Assembly (NCBI GenBank): GCA_016618085.1
Contig: JABLTG010000011.1
Coordinates: forward strand, 186,001-226,735
From: Neovahlkampfia damariscottae
Taxonomy: Eukaryota
Reading direction: 5' to 3'
DNA length: 40,735 bases
Below the pieces are notes generated by a model. That model was not told where the DNA came from. It saw nothing but the letters and a program-made list of their open reading frames with translations, and searched no databases. The translations under genes and the position numbers were made by a program. This document shows positions 36,925 to 40,735 of the stretch, one piece after another; the stretch's first letter is position 1; each line of letters begins with the position of its first letter.

Positions 36925-39517
36925 ATGAGCAGAACCAAACAGCAAGTCGAAGATACTGGATTCTTTGTTTCTATTATTGACAATAAAACAAAAGAAGTGA
37001 TTTAAAACAAATCTGAAAGATTTTTAGATTGGATTGTGCGCAATCAATTTGAACAGCAACGAAATTCAAATAGCTCAATTCGTTGAAAATAGTTCTACTT
37101 ATGAAAAATTGATGAATCTTTTAAATTTTTATGAACCTATTGAAATATTACTTCCAAATACTCTTATTGATTCCAATATTTCGGAAATTATTAAAGAAGA
37201 ATGTAAGAATTCTTTTGATTGATGATCAAAAGATGATGGAGATACATTAAAATTCATAAATAGAAAATATTACAATGAAATTAATGGTGCTCTAAAACTT
37301 GAAGAGTATATTCATGAAGAATACAAATCAATTTTATCTGAAATTCAAACAAAGTATTTAACTTTAAATTAACAAAAAGATATTTATGTTTGAGTTCAAC
37401 AAATGGATTAATAGAACATTTAGAAAAAAATATTGGTATTACTTTTATTCCAAATTCAATTAGAATTATTTACAAACAATGTTCTGGTTATATGTTTTTA
37501 AATACTTCATCTTTAATTAGTTTAGAAATATTAGTAAATTCAAAAAAAGGAAATCAAGAAAATAGTTTATTTTCAACAATAAATTATACATCAACACCAA
37601 TGGGAAAGAGATTATTGAAATCATCATTACTTCAACCTTTAAATGATATTTCAACTATTAACAATAGACTTGATTGTATTACAGAATTATTAGAAAATGA
37701 AAAAGAATTTTTAAAAATTTCAAATGAATTGAAATTCTTTTTTGATTTAGATCAAATTTTATCAAAATTTATTCATTGTAAAAATAATAATACACAACAT
37801 TCAAAAAATCTAATTTTGAATACTATTTGTTTAAAGAAATCACTTGAACATCTTTCAATTATCAATAATCTCATTTCTTCTTTTAAGAATTCACTTTTTA
37901 TTACCATTAATAAGAATTTGAAAAATGATGATATTGATATTTTAATCAAAAATATAAATGAAATTATTGATCAAGATATTACATATAAGAAAAATTCTTT
38001 ATTAATGCAAAATCAAGTTTTAATTATTATTCATATTGAACTATTTATAGGAATGTTTTGCAATAAAATCAGGTGTTGATGGATTATTAGATGTAACAAG
38101 AAGACAATATAGTGAAACTATTGAAGGTCTTTTATTTTTCATTTCTAAATATTATTTTTCAGAAGTAAATGAGTATATCAAAAGTTTAATAGAAAATACT
38201 GGAATTTCTACTTTAAAATTGAAACATTCAATGACTAGAGGATATTTTCTTTCAATGGATTCAAAAGAAAAACCAGAATTTCACAAAAATATTTTTATTC
38301 AAATTTTGAAGAAGAAAAATAATTTCATTTGTTCAACAGAGAATTTAATTTCTTTAAATTGTAAAATTAAAGAATTGCTTGAAGAAATATTTTTATTAAC
38401 TGAAAAGTTTTGATTTTATTTTTTGGATCTAACAAAATTAGAAATTTAAAAAATCTTTTTAATTTGATTAGAAATAAATTACCATGTTTGTTCAAAATAT
38501 CTGAAAGTGTTGCCATTTTAGACTTATTAACTTCATTTTCAACACTTGTTACAGTCGAAAATCATTTTGTTCGTCCAGGTAAAAACTTAACATTTCTAAT
38601 TCAACATTTAGAATTCACTGATGATGGTCCTATTGCAATTAAAAATGGAAGAGATCCAATAATGGAAAAAAAATTAGAAGAAGGTTTTTTTATTGCAGTA
38701 ATATTATTTTATTAAAAATACATAATAGAATGATACATATATTTCAGATTCCACTAATTTTCAAATGATCACTGGACCAAATATGTCAGGAAAGACAACA
38801 TATCTTAAACAATTAGGACATTTGATTATATTATCACATATTGGATGTTTTATTCCTGCAAATTTTGGATCATTTAGAATTATTGATAGAATATTTACAA
38901 GAATTGGAAATGAAGATTCAATTGAAAATAATATGAGTTCATTTATGTTAGAAATGAAAGAAATGTCATATATTCTAACAAATTTAACTGATAAGAGTGT
39001 AGTTTTAATTGATGAACTTGGAAGATCTTCTTCAACAAAGTAATCTATAATCCATCACATATTTAATCATTTAAAAAGTGAAGGGAGTTCAATTTCATGG
39101 AGTATTGCTGAATATTTACTTTCTATGAATGTATTTACCATATTTTCAACACATTTTGTACAACTTTCTGAACTCTCATTTTTATATCCAAATGTAAAAA
39201 ATTATCATTTAATGGTGAAAATGGATTATGGAAACATTAATTTTTTGTATACTCTCTCAGAAGGATATTCACCAGAAGATCGTTATGGAATTAAATTGGC
39301 AAAAATGATTGGAATTCCAGATGAAATTTGTGAAAAAAGTGAAGAAATTTGTGAATTAATAGAAAATAATCGTTTATTGAAAATGAAAGATAGCATGGGA
39401 ATCAAAAAGCAAAAAACAGATTTTTCTTTGTTTCACAAAATAATTTCATTGAGACAATCAACTTTGGATCTCAAATCTTTAAAAGAATTTTTAAAAGATT
39501 TGCAACAATTTGAATAA
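36925..39517 (+). CDS. MSH4: Meiotic MutS homolog MSH4, 9 introns
   Basis: No N-terminal mismatch-binding domain; KEIGLCAINL, CFAIKSG.DGLLDV.R, ITGPNMSGKTTYLKQ, DSIENNMSSFMLEM, LIDELGR, STHF. Confidence 0.85.
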
Positions 39518-40477
39518 AACTTCATGTGAATTGTATTTCAAAGTTTCCAATTCATCTATAATAAATTATTGTTGAAATGGAGTTTCGTATCGCTTTTTGA
39601 TAAGAGCAGGAAAACCCAAGGTGTTCATTGAATCCATTTCAATTTTCCACTTCATTCAGCAGCAACTTTCGGTTACCTTATAATTTGAACTTTAGCATAT
39701 CATATTCTACTCAACAATGAATGAGAAATTTGATGCTCATGGAAGGGTATTCCAGATTGTTGTTTACAAAAATGAATCACCACTTGTTCAAACTTGAAAA
39801 CCTTTTTCTTTTTTCTTGATTCAAGTACCTCATTGCATTGACAAACCAAACAGTTTGGAGTAGTATTCAAAATTCCAATTCATGAACCAAAGATCCTAAG
39901 TTGAATTCAGACATCTCCGATCAAAATATTTAGCAGAGATCAAAATGTTCTGAAACCTAACATTCAAAACAGATTGTACAATATTTGGATTCTTTTCAGC
40001 TCAAAGAACCCTAAGTTGACTGTCATTCTATTGCCTGGAATTTTAATTAAACCCATGAAATCCACCTAAACAGGCTGGCATTTCTCCAGAAACTCAAACG
40101 CTTCGAACCATGATCATTTTCTTGCCTTTCCATTCGACTATGAGTTGATTCGACAAAACTGTTGATTATTCAGCTTTACTCTGACTAAAGTAAAAACACA
40201 GTACGAACGAAAAAAATAACTTCCATTGTTTTTAAACAACGATGTAAGTTGTCCAAATCGCCATTTAATGAATTTGTCACAACTCACCAATATACCTAGC
40301 AGGAAAAATTAATTTCAAAAAAGCAATATAACCACAATTCTTTTACAAAAAAAGCAACAATACGCAATTATTGGAAAAAAACTTGTCCAAATCAGGAGAA
40401 ACTAATAGTTCCATAAGTACCTTTCTGGAAAGTTGCCTGTCATTCGGTTGCCTGGAATTAAAAGAAAAGGGTTTGAA
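39518..40477. other. Non-coding subtelomeric spacer with short dispersed repeats
   Basis: No ORF >=60 aa, visibly less AT-rich than the intergenic spacers; 30-nt imperfect direct repeat at 40013-40042 and 40430-40459. Confidence 0.7.
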
Positions 40478-40735
40478 TTTTGGTTTTTGGTTTTTGGTTT
40501 TTGGTTTTTGGTTTTTGGTTTTTGGTTTTTGGTTTTTGGTTTTGGGGTTTGGGTTTTGGGTTTTTGGTTTTGGTTTTGGTTTTGGTTTTGGTTTTGGTTT
40601 GGGTTTTGGTTTTGGTTTTGGTTTTGGTTTTGGTTTTGGTTTTGGTTTTGGTTGGGGTTTGGGTTTGGGTTTGGGTTTGGGTTTGGGTTTGGGTTTGGGT
40701 TTGGGTTTGGGTTTGGGTTTGGGTTTGGGTTTGGG
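40478..40735 (+). repeat. Telomeric array: (TTTTTGG)8, mixed units, mostly TTTTGG, then terminal (TTTGGG)13
   Basis: G/T-rich tandem repeat running 5'->3' to the end of the sequence. Confidence 0.95.

Noticed and set aside
1..39517. Fragmented ORFs as pseudogenes, programmed frameshifts or a reassigned stop codon
   Set aside because: The breaks examined are explained by short GT-AG introns, and TAA/TGA end the genes at expected positions
39518..40477. Telomerase RNA, rRNA/tRNA or transposon in the subtelomere
   Set aside because: No 1.5-unit template (CCCAAACCC), cloverleaf, rRNA motif, terminal inverted repeat or transposase ORF recognised

Overview
Very AT-rich, extremely gene-dense eukaryotic (protist-like) chromosome end, standard genetic code, ending in a telomere (distal repeat TTTGGG). 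It holds about 26 protein-coding genes, most split by tiny GT-AG introns of ~26-48 nt and separated by only 1-140 nt. They include an RS-domain cyclophilin, a RUN-domain protein, a TMEM230/134-like gene, a divergent thiamine-salvage pair (TenA-ThiD and ThiE-ThiM), a GNAT, Rab7-like, cofilin, Gemin5-like, TM2, two START/cyclase paralogs, PPR, CorA, an HDEL-terminated methyltransferase, a mitochondrial carrier, Hook-like, TAF6, GPATCH1, TSC2 and MSH4. The most striking signal is the splicing architecture. Tiny introns are stacked back to back around ultra-short exons of 4, 2, 2 and 1 nt, and in one case apparently 0 nt (AG|GT, recursive-type, in TSC2). Several of these exons are needed to rebuild conserved motifs. 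Other notable features are a CCAAT/ATTGG element at almost every gene start (sometimes overlapping the ATG), a ~254-nt structured C/D-box-like RNA candidate, and a graded telomere (T5G2 > T4G2 > T3G3). All gene models and family calls were made by eye. No database searches or RNA data were available, and the organism is not identified.
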